NCBI GenBank assembly: GCA_963754655.1
Contig: CAVWGN010000001.1
Location: 2,432,001 to 2,496,000 of the forward strand
Reading direction: 5' to 3'
Length of the DNA: 64,000 nt
Origin: an uncultured Chlamydiae bacterium
Lineage (GTDB): Bacteria > Chlamydiota > Chlamydiia > Chlamydiales > Parachlamydiaceae
Numbering within the stretch: position 1 is the stretch's first letter; each line of letters begins with the position of its first letter. Under the pieces are notes generated by a model. The model ran no database searches and had not been told where the DNA came from. It was given only the letters and a program-made list of their open reading frames with translations. The translations under genes and the position numbers were made by a program. Of this stretch, positions 1 through 11,700 are shown piece after piece.

Positions 1-161
1 TTTTCAATATGCACTCTAATATGCCATTCCCATTTCCTTTTGAATTTAATGCTTCATCATCAGAAACACATGATTCTGAACTGCACAATCTCGCGTTTAA
101 AATGACGTTATTGAAAATGATGGCAGATCTTAAAGAGCAACATAAGCAAAGCAATCAGTAG
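1..161 (+). CDS. 3' end of a gene entering from upstream of the window (hypothetical)
   Basis: Frame 3 is open from the window start to TAG at 159-161 (...ADLKEQHKQSNQ*). No recognisable motif. Confidence 0.4.
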   Translation, partial: FNMHSNMPFPFPFEFNASSSETHDSELHNLAFKMTLLKMMADLKEQHKQSNQ

Positions 162-444
162 GCATTTTCATCATTTTATCCACTTTATTCAATTCAAATC
201 TTTTCAACAGAAATGAAAGAATAAAGATAAAAACCAAATTTAGTGTTCTCTAATTTGCGCTCGATTAAAGTGCAATTAGAGAACATCTTCTAAAGATCAT
301 AAGATACATATTCCAATTTTTTATAAGGATGAATATCTTAAATTCTTGAAACATCATCCCGTAAAATATGATGAAAAGATTTGTATGGGATCACCTTTAC
401 TGTCCTTAACGCTGCTCCGTAGCTTAATGATCTTTTTGGATACT

Positions 445-500
445 CCCCCACATTCCGCTTCAGGCCTACCGGAATTACGCTGCATGCGGGGCTTCCCACT
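445..500. repeat. Degenerate solo REP-like unit related to the arms of the 30408-30727 element
   Basis: ccccacattccgct...cgctgcatgcggggcttcccact resembles ccccgcattccgct...cgcttcatacgggcttcccact at ~30609-30652. Confidence 0.55.
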
Positions 501-997
501 TTTATCGCTCCGCGATATAGCAAGAAATTAAAGTTTTTATCATCTTTTAATTAACGTATAGATATTTATTTTATGTCTGAACATTGTTTTAAAAAGCCGT
601 CAACTTGACCGCGGTGTGTATCATATTGGACCCACTTATACCGCTTTAATATAAAAAAACTCATGTGACAGATTACTAGCAGAACTTATCGAGAAATACG
701 GAAAAGAACCCGAAGATAAGGAATAAGTGATCAATACCAATCAATTCCAACTGTTTAAAGTGCTAGCATTTCGGACACTCCCTAAGGATTGAACTCTCTA
801 AATCTATTTTAGACAGAAAAAAATTGAATGCCATTTGCAAGATTGACTAATAATTGATTGGACCTGAAGAGTGAGTGAAGTCTTATTAGAATTTCCCTTC
901 CAACTAGACTTTTTTTCCACTCAAGTTTATACACAAGTTTTAATTGACGGTATAGGTATGTCCAAACAAGACAGGTAATATTAATCTAAGGTAAAAT

Positions 998-2527
998 ATG
1001 CAATTTACTCACTATCTATGGCTTATTACATTGATATGCGCAATTGCTAGCATCAAAATAGCAAATCTTTCCTTCTTACATGCCACTATTTTCCCTCGGG
1101 ATTTTATGGACTTGCCTAAAGAAGATAGAGCCCTCTTGCGCGATCTCATTCTACTCAATTATCCCTCCGACGATTGGCGAAAAGAGAGTCATCACAAACC
1201 CAATCCTGATCCTATCTATGATGTGGCAATCATTGGTGCAGGCATGGCGGGATTAACTGCAGGAGCCGCTCTTTTCAAAGAAGGAATCTATCATATTAAA
1301 TTATTCGATCAAAATCCGCAAGGTTCGGAAGGTCCATGGACAACCTATGCGCGCATGAAAACACTGCGAACAGGAAAAGATATTATGGGACCCGCCTTGG
1401 GAATTCCTCATTTAACTTTTCATGCCTGGTTTGAAGCTGTATTTGGAGCAGAGGCATGGAAGCGGCTGGTAAAAATCCCCAATGGTCTATGGATGGACTA
1501 CCTTAAGTGGTACCGGCAAGCCATGCAGCTTCCAGTAGAAAATCATTGCATTTTACTGTCCCTCATTCCTAAAGAAGATGGTTTTGAACTAGAATTTCAG
1601 CAATTTGGTCAAACTCTCTTAGTCAAGGCTCGCAAAGTTGTTCTGGCAACTGGACGAGCAGGTTTTGGGGGACCTGTTATTCCCGAATTTGCTCAACACC
1701 TGCCTAAATCTGTCTATGCACACACAACGGAACCTATTCAATTTGAAACTTTGCAAAATCGCCGCATTGGAATTATTGGCGTCGGTGCCTCTTCCTTTGA
1801 TGCAGCTGCTGTTGCTTTAGAAACAGGTGCCAAAAGCGTCGATCTTATCATGAGACGCGCCCGTTTGCCTAATGTCAATAAATTTGCCAGCCTCCCCTAT
1901 AAAGGCTTCAGTCACGGCTATTTCCAATTAAGTGATGAAAAGCGTTGGCAATTTATTTCTGCAGCTTTGGACGCCGCAATTCCTCCTCCTATAGAAGCAT
2001 TAAAGCGGGTAGAAGGAAATCCCAATCTGCGCATTTTATCTGGTACGGCGATTTTGCGGATGAGCTATGATGGCTCGCAAATCAATATAGAAACCAACCA
2101 TGGCATTTATTCTTATGATTTTTTAATTTTAGGAACAGGATTTCATATTGATGGCTATCAACAACCTGAACTGCAACATGTGATTGATCACATTGCTCTT
2201 TGGAAAGATCGCTTGCCTGCCGAGATCATCAAGACACATTCAAAAATGGGAGATTTTCCTTACTTAGGCCCTTCTTTTGAATTCATGCCCAAAAAGCCAG
2301 GGACAGCTCCTTATTTAAAAAACCTCTACTGTTATAACTATGGAGCTACATTAAGCCATGGAATACTGAGTAGCGATATTCCTGCCATTAGTATTGGAGC
2401 GACGCGCTTAGCACAAGGTATTGCAGCCGATTTTTTTGTTCAGGAGAGTGATTGGTTTTTGCAGTGTTTAAAAAATTATCAGCAAAAAGACTTTGAGCAA
2501 GAGGACTATGAACTCATCATTGAATGA
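998..2527 (+). CDS. FAD/NAD(P)-dependent flavoprotein monooxygenase (possibly HpyO-like urate hydroxylase family)
   Basis: Two Rossmann motifs (DVAIIGAGMAG, IGIIGVGASSFD), plus VVLATG, ILGTGF and GPWTTYARM motifs. Confidence 0.8.
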   Translation: MQFTHYLWLITLICAIASIKIANLSFLHATIFPRDFMDLPKEDRALLRDLILLNYPSDDWRKESHHKPNPDPIYDVAIIGAGMAGLTAGAALFKEGIYHIKLFDQNPQGSEGPWTTYARMKTLRTGKDIMGPALGIPHLTFHAWFEAVFGAEAWKRLVKIPNGLWMDYLKWYRQAMQLPVENHCILLSLIPKEDGFELEFQQFGQTLLVKARKVVLATGRAGFGGPVIPEFAQHLPKSVYAHTTEPIQFETLQNRRIGIIGVGASSFDAAAVALETGAKSVDLIMRRARLPNVNKFASLPYKGFSHGYFQLSDEKRWQFISAALDAAIPPPIEALKRVEGNPNLRILSGTAILRMSYDGSQINIETNHGIYSYDFLILGTGFHIDGYQQPELQHVIDHIALWKDRLPAEIIKTHSKMGDFPYLGPSFEFMPKKPGTAPYLKNLYCYNYGATLSHGILSSDIPAISIGATRLAQGIAADFFVQESDWFLQCLKNYQQKDFEQEDYELIIE

Positions 2528-2735
2528 TTTGATCTAAATTGACCTTATTCCCTTCCTATTTGTTTTTATAAAGCATAATCCAATATTAATTTTTTTAATT
2601 TATTAAAAATTAAAAAACAGCCTTAATTTATAATTAGTTATAATAATATATAAAAATAACATAAAATTGTAAATTAACTTTTAATGTTATATAATAAAAA
2701 TAGTAGTTTTATTAAATAATTTCAAGAGTTTATAT

Positions 2736-5700
2736 ATGAATAATTCTTTATTTGATGGCGCCTACTACTTAAATCATTTAGATAAAGTACTTTCCTCTAT
2801 CAGCAATTCTTCAGTAGAGGGTGGGAAAGCGAAAATCAAACAGGCGGCGAAGGGTGTTGGGACATTTATCTCGCGCAATTTGAACTATGTGGCAGGCGAT
2901 AAACATTGGTATGACAATACAATCGCGCATCAAGTTATCCAGTATTACCTTTGGGAAGCCAAGTTTGATCCCGCTAAGAATGCTCAGATTTTGGCAATCT
3001 GTCAAGAGCTTGAGAAAGTAAAAGACTTGCCCCTAATAGACAAAATTCAATTAGATCTTGCAAAAAAAGCGTGTCGTCCCCTTCCTGATGTATCAGAAAA
3101 AGTTCTCTTTCATATTCATGGTGATGAATTTGGACTTGGCAGTGAGCTTGAAGGGGCCCATTTATCCGACCTCCTCGAATATCTCGAAAAATTTCTCACT
3201 ACACGTAAAGAAAGTAACCTTGACCTCTATCAAATTGATGATGAACTTTTAGAAGAAATTCGCTCTGCCATGCTTCTTTCATTCGCATTTGATGCAGAAC
3301 GTGCCACAGAAAAAGTACAGGAAAAAAGAAAGAATATGACTCTAACCTATATTCGAGAACTTCCTCTCGAATTTTTAGTAAAAGCTAAAGAAAAATTGAG
3401 CAAAGCCTTTGAAACAGAAAAACCTATTCTTCTACCGGGAGGGTGGATTGGAAAACCCAGCGGACATAGCATGTATTATGAGGTTATTCCTCAAAAAGGG
3501 GGCAAGAGAGCAAACTTGCGGATTTACAACCTTGGAGCAGGCTCAAATTATCATCAGACAGCTGTTGTAAAAGGGAAACTCAAGATAGCGCCTTATACAG
3601 AATGGACAGGAATTGATAAAGAAAAGTTTTTAAGCGATCCCTTTCTTAAAGGAATGTATGAAACGCGAAAATTGAGTGAAGATCAAGGAGTATCCACTGA
3701 ATATAATGCTTCAGATATTTATCAAGCCCTTCGTGAATTTTTAAATCCTAAGAGTATTTTGGAAGAAAAGGATGAATTAAAATTAATGACTGGGCAAAGA
3801 GCTGGCACATGTAGTTATCGTTCCTTATTAGCCTTTTTAGCGACTCGTATGAAACGTGAGGATTTCAAACGCCTGACATTGGATATTCAATTTCATTCAC
3901 TTATCAATCGAGTCAACAAAGCTTCAGCACCTAGTCAAAGAGAGCTAAGGCTCATCAAAAAATCTCATCAAAAATTGAGCCGTAAGACTCAGAAAGCCTA
4001 TCATCAACACATTATTAATAAAAATGACCTTAAATTGTACACCGAAGAACTTTCCAATCTGAAAACGCATGTTGAAGATCTTCAAGTTCATCAGAAAGCC
4101 TCTACAGCTTCTTCTTCTAAATTTTTGCATGATTACCAACAACCTCAAGAAACCATTTTAACATCCTTAGTTGGTCAAGAAAAGTTGATTTTGGACGAGC
4201 AAGTCAAAAAAGGAGTTGAGAAACCTATTCCTCAACATGAAGTAAAATATTATTTACAACTTAAGGAGTTATTAAAAAATGATAAAAGGTCGTTACAAGA
4301 ACGGTTTGATAAAGCTAGCGAAATCTGTAAGGAAGCCTTTGCTCAGGGTGCCTTTCAAGCATCGACACTTGCGATGAATTTGTTAGTTCAATTGGATGAG
4401 TTAAAACGGGTAGGGAGTCAAGATTTAAATCAAATCAAACTAGAAGTTGAGACACCTATTCCTCAACCTGAAGTAAAATATTATTTACAACTTAAAGAGT
4501 TAAAGAATGAAAAAATAGCGTTAAAGGAGCGGTTAGAGAAAGCTGAAAAAATCTGTCAGGAAGCCCTTGCTCACAATGCCTATCACGCATTGGAACTTGG
4601 AATGGTTGAATTGGCACTCTCTCTTCCCAGTCGTTTGGATGAGTTAAGAAAGGTAGGAGGTCAAGATTTAAATCAAATGAAAAACGCCATTTCAACGTTG
4701 GGCCGGATTTCGCAATCCTTTTTCAACAATTGTTTTTGGATGCCGGAATCTGAAAACGTTCATCCAAGGCGACTTTATGTGCTTATAAAGCTTTTTTGGA
4801 TGCAGATGTCCTTAGCTCATCAAGTTGAGCCAAAATGGAAGGTATGTGCTTATAACCTACCTAGTCAAGACCTCTTATTTAACTTTTGCGATTTCCGGTT
4901 CGAAAAGGACTTCCATCAATTAAAATTTGATAGTTATAATGATAATCTTCAATACATTCTTAATTTTCAATATCAATCTGACAAGGATGAACCTATTGGT
5001 GAAAATGCGGCATTGGTATTTGAGCAGAAAAAACAAAATTATCATCAGACGATGGATGCTGCCTATCTTTTTCCTGAGCTATTCCCGGACATTGCCAAAG
5101 AATTTTCCAAACTTGCCCCGCATGAACAAATAGCACATCTCTATGCTAGCGATCAATTACCTGATTGGATAAAAGCCATTCGGAATACTCATCTTGCTCT
5201 TATCTATTTAAAACAAGAGCCAATCGCTAAGCCTCCAAGTACAAATGCGCCTCTCAATTTTGAATTCAATGTTCAAGATCAACGTGACAAAAGTCAAGTA
5301 TGGATCAGCGTGAACGGAATTGACGGAAATCTACAAGAGCTTTACCCAGAAATTAAAAAAATGCGTCAAAACCCACAGGACCGCTTTGCAGGACTTTATC
5401 TCCCTTTTTCCTCTTCTCAAAGTAAAATGTTATTTAAAGCCATGCAAAAATATGATTGGAGTATGACCTATTGTGAGAAAGATGTTGTTTGCGATCAATC
5501 CGCTCTGTACCAACTTAATTTACCCGACGAGGAATTTAAGGAATTGATGCATATCATAACGGGAAAGACAACAGGAAAACAAGAAGCATTGGCATTTTTT
5601 CAAAATCATCCTGAGAAACTGAAGGATCCTGATTATCAGATATTTTTTAAGATTTTCTTTCTGCATACAAATTTCAAGTCTCTTATCGATGAAATAAAAA

Positions 5701-8700
5701 TAAATGATACCTTTTCGGATAACTTAGCCACATTTATTGAAAATACCTATAAACATTATCGTGCTCAAAATGAACTGCAAACTTGTGTTTTTCTTTTGCA
5801 AATGGCCCATGAATTTTCAGGCTATTCACCCGAAAAAACATTTTACAAGACTACCCTCACAGAATTGCGTCAACTGTTATCAAAAGTCGCTTTAGAAATA
5901 GAAGAAAAGAGTCTTCTTTATGCTGAACTTATCGCACAAATTTCAAGAAAGGAAGAGCTCAGTGAAGAGGAAGTGAAAGAATTACTCATCGGAACAGTTT
6001 ACTTAAGGCAAAATCCTGTTATCCCGAAATGGTTAGATCCCCTCACAAATATGGCCGTTCGCGATTCCGTCATTATCCACTCTGAAAGGATTTTAAAGGC
6101 ATTAAAAACAGAGAAAGGGGCAAATCAAGTTCTTCTCAACGAAATTCTCCATTCGATTTTCCCTTCAGCAAAAGAACAACAATGGAACATCAACCAAGTC
6201 GGGGATCAAGTTGAATTTATCTCACTCAATGGACGTTACCGATATATGCCTTTAAGCAGACAATTCCAGGAAATAGATCAAGAAACCCCTCTTCCTCTGC
6301 AAGTGCGAGAACATCCTTATTTTCGCAAGTTTTTTCCAACTATTCGTCAAGGCATGACTTATCAGGGTAACATCTATCGTTTTACCGATAGCAAAGGACA
6401 AGAAACACTTGTCAAACTAACAGAAAATCAACTCATTATCGAGCAAAAACGAGATGGAAAATGGCTTAGATTTGTCCCATCCGATCAAATGGTTCAAAAA
6501 GTGGACGACATCCTGCATTCATGCCTAATTAGCCGTCACTTGGTTCATCACTTTACGCATTGGCAAGATCCTGTCGATCCAACTCAAATAATCATGATAG
6601 ATCCCCTCACTCATCTTACAGCCTATACAGCTAAAGTAGAAGGAAATCAAATCGTTGAAATCCGCCGCGAAAAAGATGGTGCTCGTTTAGGGAAATCATC
6701 ACACGTCCTCAATCACTTTGAAGATGATGCATATGTCCAAGAATGGTTTAATGATGCTGGAAAATTGATTGAAATTGAACTTCCTCGCTTTGATTTAAAT
6801 TTTAAATTTGATTCAACACATCAACACTTCATATGCGAACAAAAAAAAGGATATTTTCTTGATTTCACTCGGGTAGAAACTCTCGGGGTCTTTAACCATT
6901 ATCTTTCATTGAAAAATGATCAAGATAAAGAGCTTGTTCTAATTCCAAAACAGGAATTCCAAGCACCCTCTAAAAAAGAAGTTTTAGAACCAAGGTATAA
7001 AATTAATACTCAAGTAGCTCTAGAAAATCGTGAAAAACAAAATTTTTTCACCTATGAAATCAATGGAAAGAAACAAATTGTGAGCCCTACTATTGAATCG
7101 AGTTTATATCTCTCTCAAGTGCTGACTTTGGTTCAAGAATACGACACTGCTGCAGCCACTCTGTTAAAAGGAGGAGTCAAACTTAGTCCTTATACAGAAA
7201 ATGAAAGGAAAATTCTGGAAGATCTCATTGCTTTGCATGAAGTCAATGGTGATGAGTCAGGCAATGCATTAGCCATTCGCAGCTTTGCCAGCTATTGCCT
7301 TGTTCACAATTCTATCACACATCAAAAAGAACTATCTCAACAGACTTTGAAACTCGTAAATGTAAACTACCATAAATACCTCGAGCATTTTTCCCATGCG
7401 ACTGCTCTTCATTTAGAAAAAGCAGAAGAAATTTTTCTTCTGAAACTTCTTCTCAATCAGCAGTTTGATCCCGTGTTATTTGTGAGATTAAAGCAGTTAG
7501 ATCCCGAGTATGCTCAAACCCTCACCTTTAAAATTGAAGAGAATCTTACACCTGGAAAAAAAGAGGAAGAATTCAATCCATTTCAAGGCGTCAATTTAGA
7601 ATTCAATCACAATAATTCACAACCCCCAAACAAAGAAAACATTTTAGTCACCCGCCCTGGAAAGATCATTTCAAAACGGCTCGGCTATTTTTTCCCCCTT
7701 GCATTGCAGGGAACAGAGGAAGAAAAAGAAACTCTTCGCAACTACTTGCCCTTTCTCAAATATGAATCTTCAGGCAAGTATTTAGGATTAGCTCTTTTCC
7801 TAGAAATAGTTCTTAATTATCCACAAGACTTTTCCCTTCCTCCTAAAAATATAGGTTTTTTAAATGAGGATTTTGAAGAATGGCAAAAAACAACCTTGAA
7901 ACAAGCCCACACTCATCGTCAGGATTTAGTTTTTTCTGAATTAAAAGAAAAAGACATCTCCCTTCCTAAACAGGAAATCGCAGAGAATCCCCAAATCGTA
8001 AATAAATTCAAGCAGCAAAAAATGGATTTTGCACTTAATTTAACGCCTGTGCCCCTTTTTGCGAAAGAATCGGAGCCTTACTTTACCAAGGCTGAGCCAG
8101 AAGAACAGCAGATTTCTTCCGCAAAAGAAATGCAAAAGATAGTCAAATTGACTTTAAGTGAACTTCCTAAAGATATCGAACCTTTAGAAAAAGCGGAATG
8201 GGAGCGAATCGAGAAGGATTTAAACGACTATGCATCCCAACAACAAGTGTCTACCTATTTTCCTAAGGATAAAAACTCTTTTCAACAGCTTTCGGATAAG
8301 ATTAATGATAAAAAAAGTGAAATCGATTCATTATTAGAAACGAAAGAAGTAGATATTCTTGCATTAGCCAATCACATGCCTATAGGAAAAACTGAACAAG
8401 AGTTAAGCAAACTCGAAATCTGGGGAAAAACAAGAAAAGTTGTGACTTTGGAAGACCTTATTCTTTGTTTTGGAAGAAAAGATTTAGAAGCAATCCTTAA
8501 GGGCAACCCTGCTCTCACCCTTGATGAGGCGAAATTGTTAATGTCTCAAATCGGAGACTATCTTTTACAAGCTACGCTCGGCCAGCAACTAGAAAGATCA
8601 AGGGAAATTCTCAATGAATTATTACAATTGTCCGATACCGAAAGTGAAAAATTAAAAAATCTCATTCAGAAGTTAGCTGCTGTTCTTCCAGAGGCTCAAC

Positions 8701-11700
8701 GAAAATATGATCCAGCGCAACATCCTGCTTATCTCGTTTTTGAATATGCGTCTGATATTCTCCTTTTCCCTAAGCAGATTGAAATTCTGGAAGCATTCCT
8801 AAATGGAAAAGACAAAAATCTCGTCATGGAAATGATCATGGGTTCGGGAAAATCAAAAGTTCTTCTTCCCCTCTTGGGATTGTTGCGAGCTAATGAAAAA
8901 GATCTCTCGATGTTGATTGTTCCACAATTCATCTTTGAAGATGTCGCTTCAGGGACTCAAAAGATATTAGGAGAGGCCTTTGCCCAAAAAATGAAAACTC
9001 TTCATTTTGATCGTCATACAACATCCGATATTTTAAAACTGCAGCTTATTCTCGATGAATTGCTTATTGTTAAAAAAGAGCAACAATGTTTAATCATGAC
9101 AAGCCAAAGTGTCCTATGTTTGATCTTGAAATACATTGAAAAATGTGAAGCACATTTTAAAAAAGAAGATCATACCAAGCCTTTTTCTGAAGAATTAATT
9201 CTACTAAGAAAAATTCTCAATGTTCTCTCTTCATCTGGTTATCCCATCCTCGATGAAGCTGATACTCTTCTTAATATTCTTCATGAGAAAAGTTTCAGTA
9301 TTGGGGAAGGTCGAACACCCAATAAAGATGAAGTCCAACTCATTTCCGAATTGTATTCTTTAATCTACTTTGATCCTGATATCACAAACTTGGCAAAAAC
9401 AGAAAGTGATCCTAAATTGAATCCAAATACCTCTCCATTAACAGAACAGATATTCTTCCAAAAATGTCAACATCTCCTGGCTGAAAAATTTTTAGATAGG
9501 TTCTCTTCCATCGAATTTGAGACAAAATTGATCAAAGAAAAAGTCTCTTCTTTTGTTAGCTCTCTAACATCTGAACAAAAAAAGTTGATTTTAGATTATC
9601 TGTGTCGAAATGAAAAAAATGTTAAAAAATCCCAAGCCTACTACGATAAGCTCGATCCCGATATTCAAAATCTATTAGCTCTAGTCAGTGAAGAGTTATG
9701 CCATCTTCTTCCTTATACATTATTAAAAAACAGTGATGAAAAGTATGGCCTTGATGAAGAGAAAGGAGGCATTATTGCTATTCCCTTTTCAGCAGCCAAA
9801 ACACCAAGCCGAGGCTCTCAATTTGCAAATGCTTTTATCACAATAAATTATACTTTCCAAATCTATGCCAAGAAGGGAATTAGCCGAGAGATTATAGAAA
9901 AAGAAATTAAGCGGCTTCAAGGGCAAGCCATGAAAGAATTACAAAAAGATGGACATCAAGGGCTTGAAGCAACCGATGCCTGGAAACTGTTTGCTTTATT
10001 TAGCAAAGGTTCAAAAATGTCCCTTTTCAACTACAAAGAACAAGAACTCGATGCTCTCGTGACTTCTATCAATAGTGAGAGTAAGAAAAAGCAAAATTTT
10101 ATTCAGCGCATCATTCTTCCCCAATTGGTGCTTTACGATGAAAAACTGAGCTGTAATCCTCTGAACCTCATAGCGGTATTAAATAAAGTCATTGGCTTTA
10201 CGGGAACTCTTTGGAATAGTAAGAGTATGCATAGAAAATTGAATCCACATCCTGCAAAAGGAACAGATGGAAAAACGCTCTCTTTACTTCAAAAACAAAG
10301 TTCTACACCTGTAATCTCCGTCAAGGCTAATACGACGGAAGAATTATTAACCGAACTCTATACTAAAAAAATTAAGTTCAATCTCATTGCCGATTCTGGA
10401 GGTTATTGCCGCGAATGGAGCAATGAAAGAATCGCCAAACATCTTGCTAAACAATGGAATGAGCCCATTGTCTATTACAATAAAACTGGACAGCAAGTCG
10501 AGACTGATGGGGAAAAAGTGATTCTTCTAACAGAATCTAAAACACCTACTGATAAACGCAAGACTTTTCTTGATCAAAGTCGTACGACTGGGGCTGATAT
10601 TCCACAGGCTTTAGATGCGATTGGCCTAGTGACAATTGGCGAAAACATGCTTCTTAGAGATTTGCTGCAAAGTGTATGGAGGTTAAGAGGATTGGATAAG
10701 GGACAGCGTATTCAATTTATCGTAACTGAAAAAGTAAAAGAAATGATCAATCAGGAACTTAAGAAAAAAGAGGGAGAAGAAATTAGCTATAAAGACATCT
10801 TAAAGTTTACCATTCACAATCAAGTTAAGCAGCAAGCCAAGGATAATTTTAAAACACTGAAAAAAGAACTTCAAAGTCTTCCACAAATGCTCCTATTACA
10901 GGTATTACTCCATCCTGACATTCCACTCGAAAAACAACGGCTTCTCTATCGTGAGTTAAGGTCTTCCTGGATACAGTCTACCGCCCAGAAGCCGAAAGAA
11001 TTATTTGGTAAAATTGCGATTGAACGTGATAGCAAATTGGTTGTTGAAGAGGAAGGAAAATTATGTACTTCTCACTTAAATTCTCTCTTTGATAAGTTTC
11101 CATGGTTGGAAGAAAAAGGATTCAAAAAGAGTGAACTTTTGGAAGATGTCGAATCCATTATTAAAAGAATGGAAAATGGTTTAGCTAGCAAGTTAATTTC
11201 TCCTCAAAGTGAAGATGATAATACTGTTGAAATAGAACAAGAATTAAAAACTGAAACAGAGATTGAAATTCAGATGGAATCTGAATTTCAAGAGGAGAAA
11301 AAACAACTAGGTTTTATTAAAAAACATAGTTTTAAACAAGTTACAGCTCTAAATGACGAGCTTTTCAACGAAACATCAAAAGATTTGCCTTATTTTTCGT
11401 TAAAACTCTACTTCCAGGAAAATCCGTTGTTTAAACCCTATGCCAATGCCTTTGATGGAATCGAACTCACTCTTAATGTCTTACAATGGCCTAAAAAAGA
11501 TTCAAAGGTCAAAGATCTACAGTTATTTGGGCCCAATCGAACACCCTTCCACTTTGTCAGCCTCCAAAATGGACATGCGCTCTTACTTAGTCAAATAGAC
11601 ACCGATCAAATGTTTCAGCAAATATTTCAGGCAGGGTTATATCACCTCAAAAATGGAATTTTGAAAAAAAAAGATCAATCTCTTGTCACTCCGGAAATGG

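Noticed and set aside
338..531. 61-aa ORFs on both strands
   Set aside because: They span a degenerate REP-like unit and have no coding signature.
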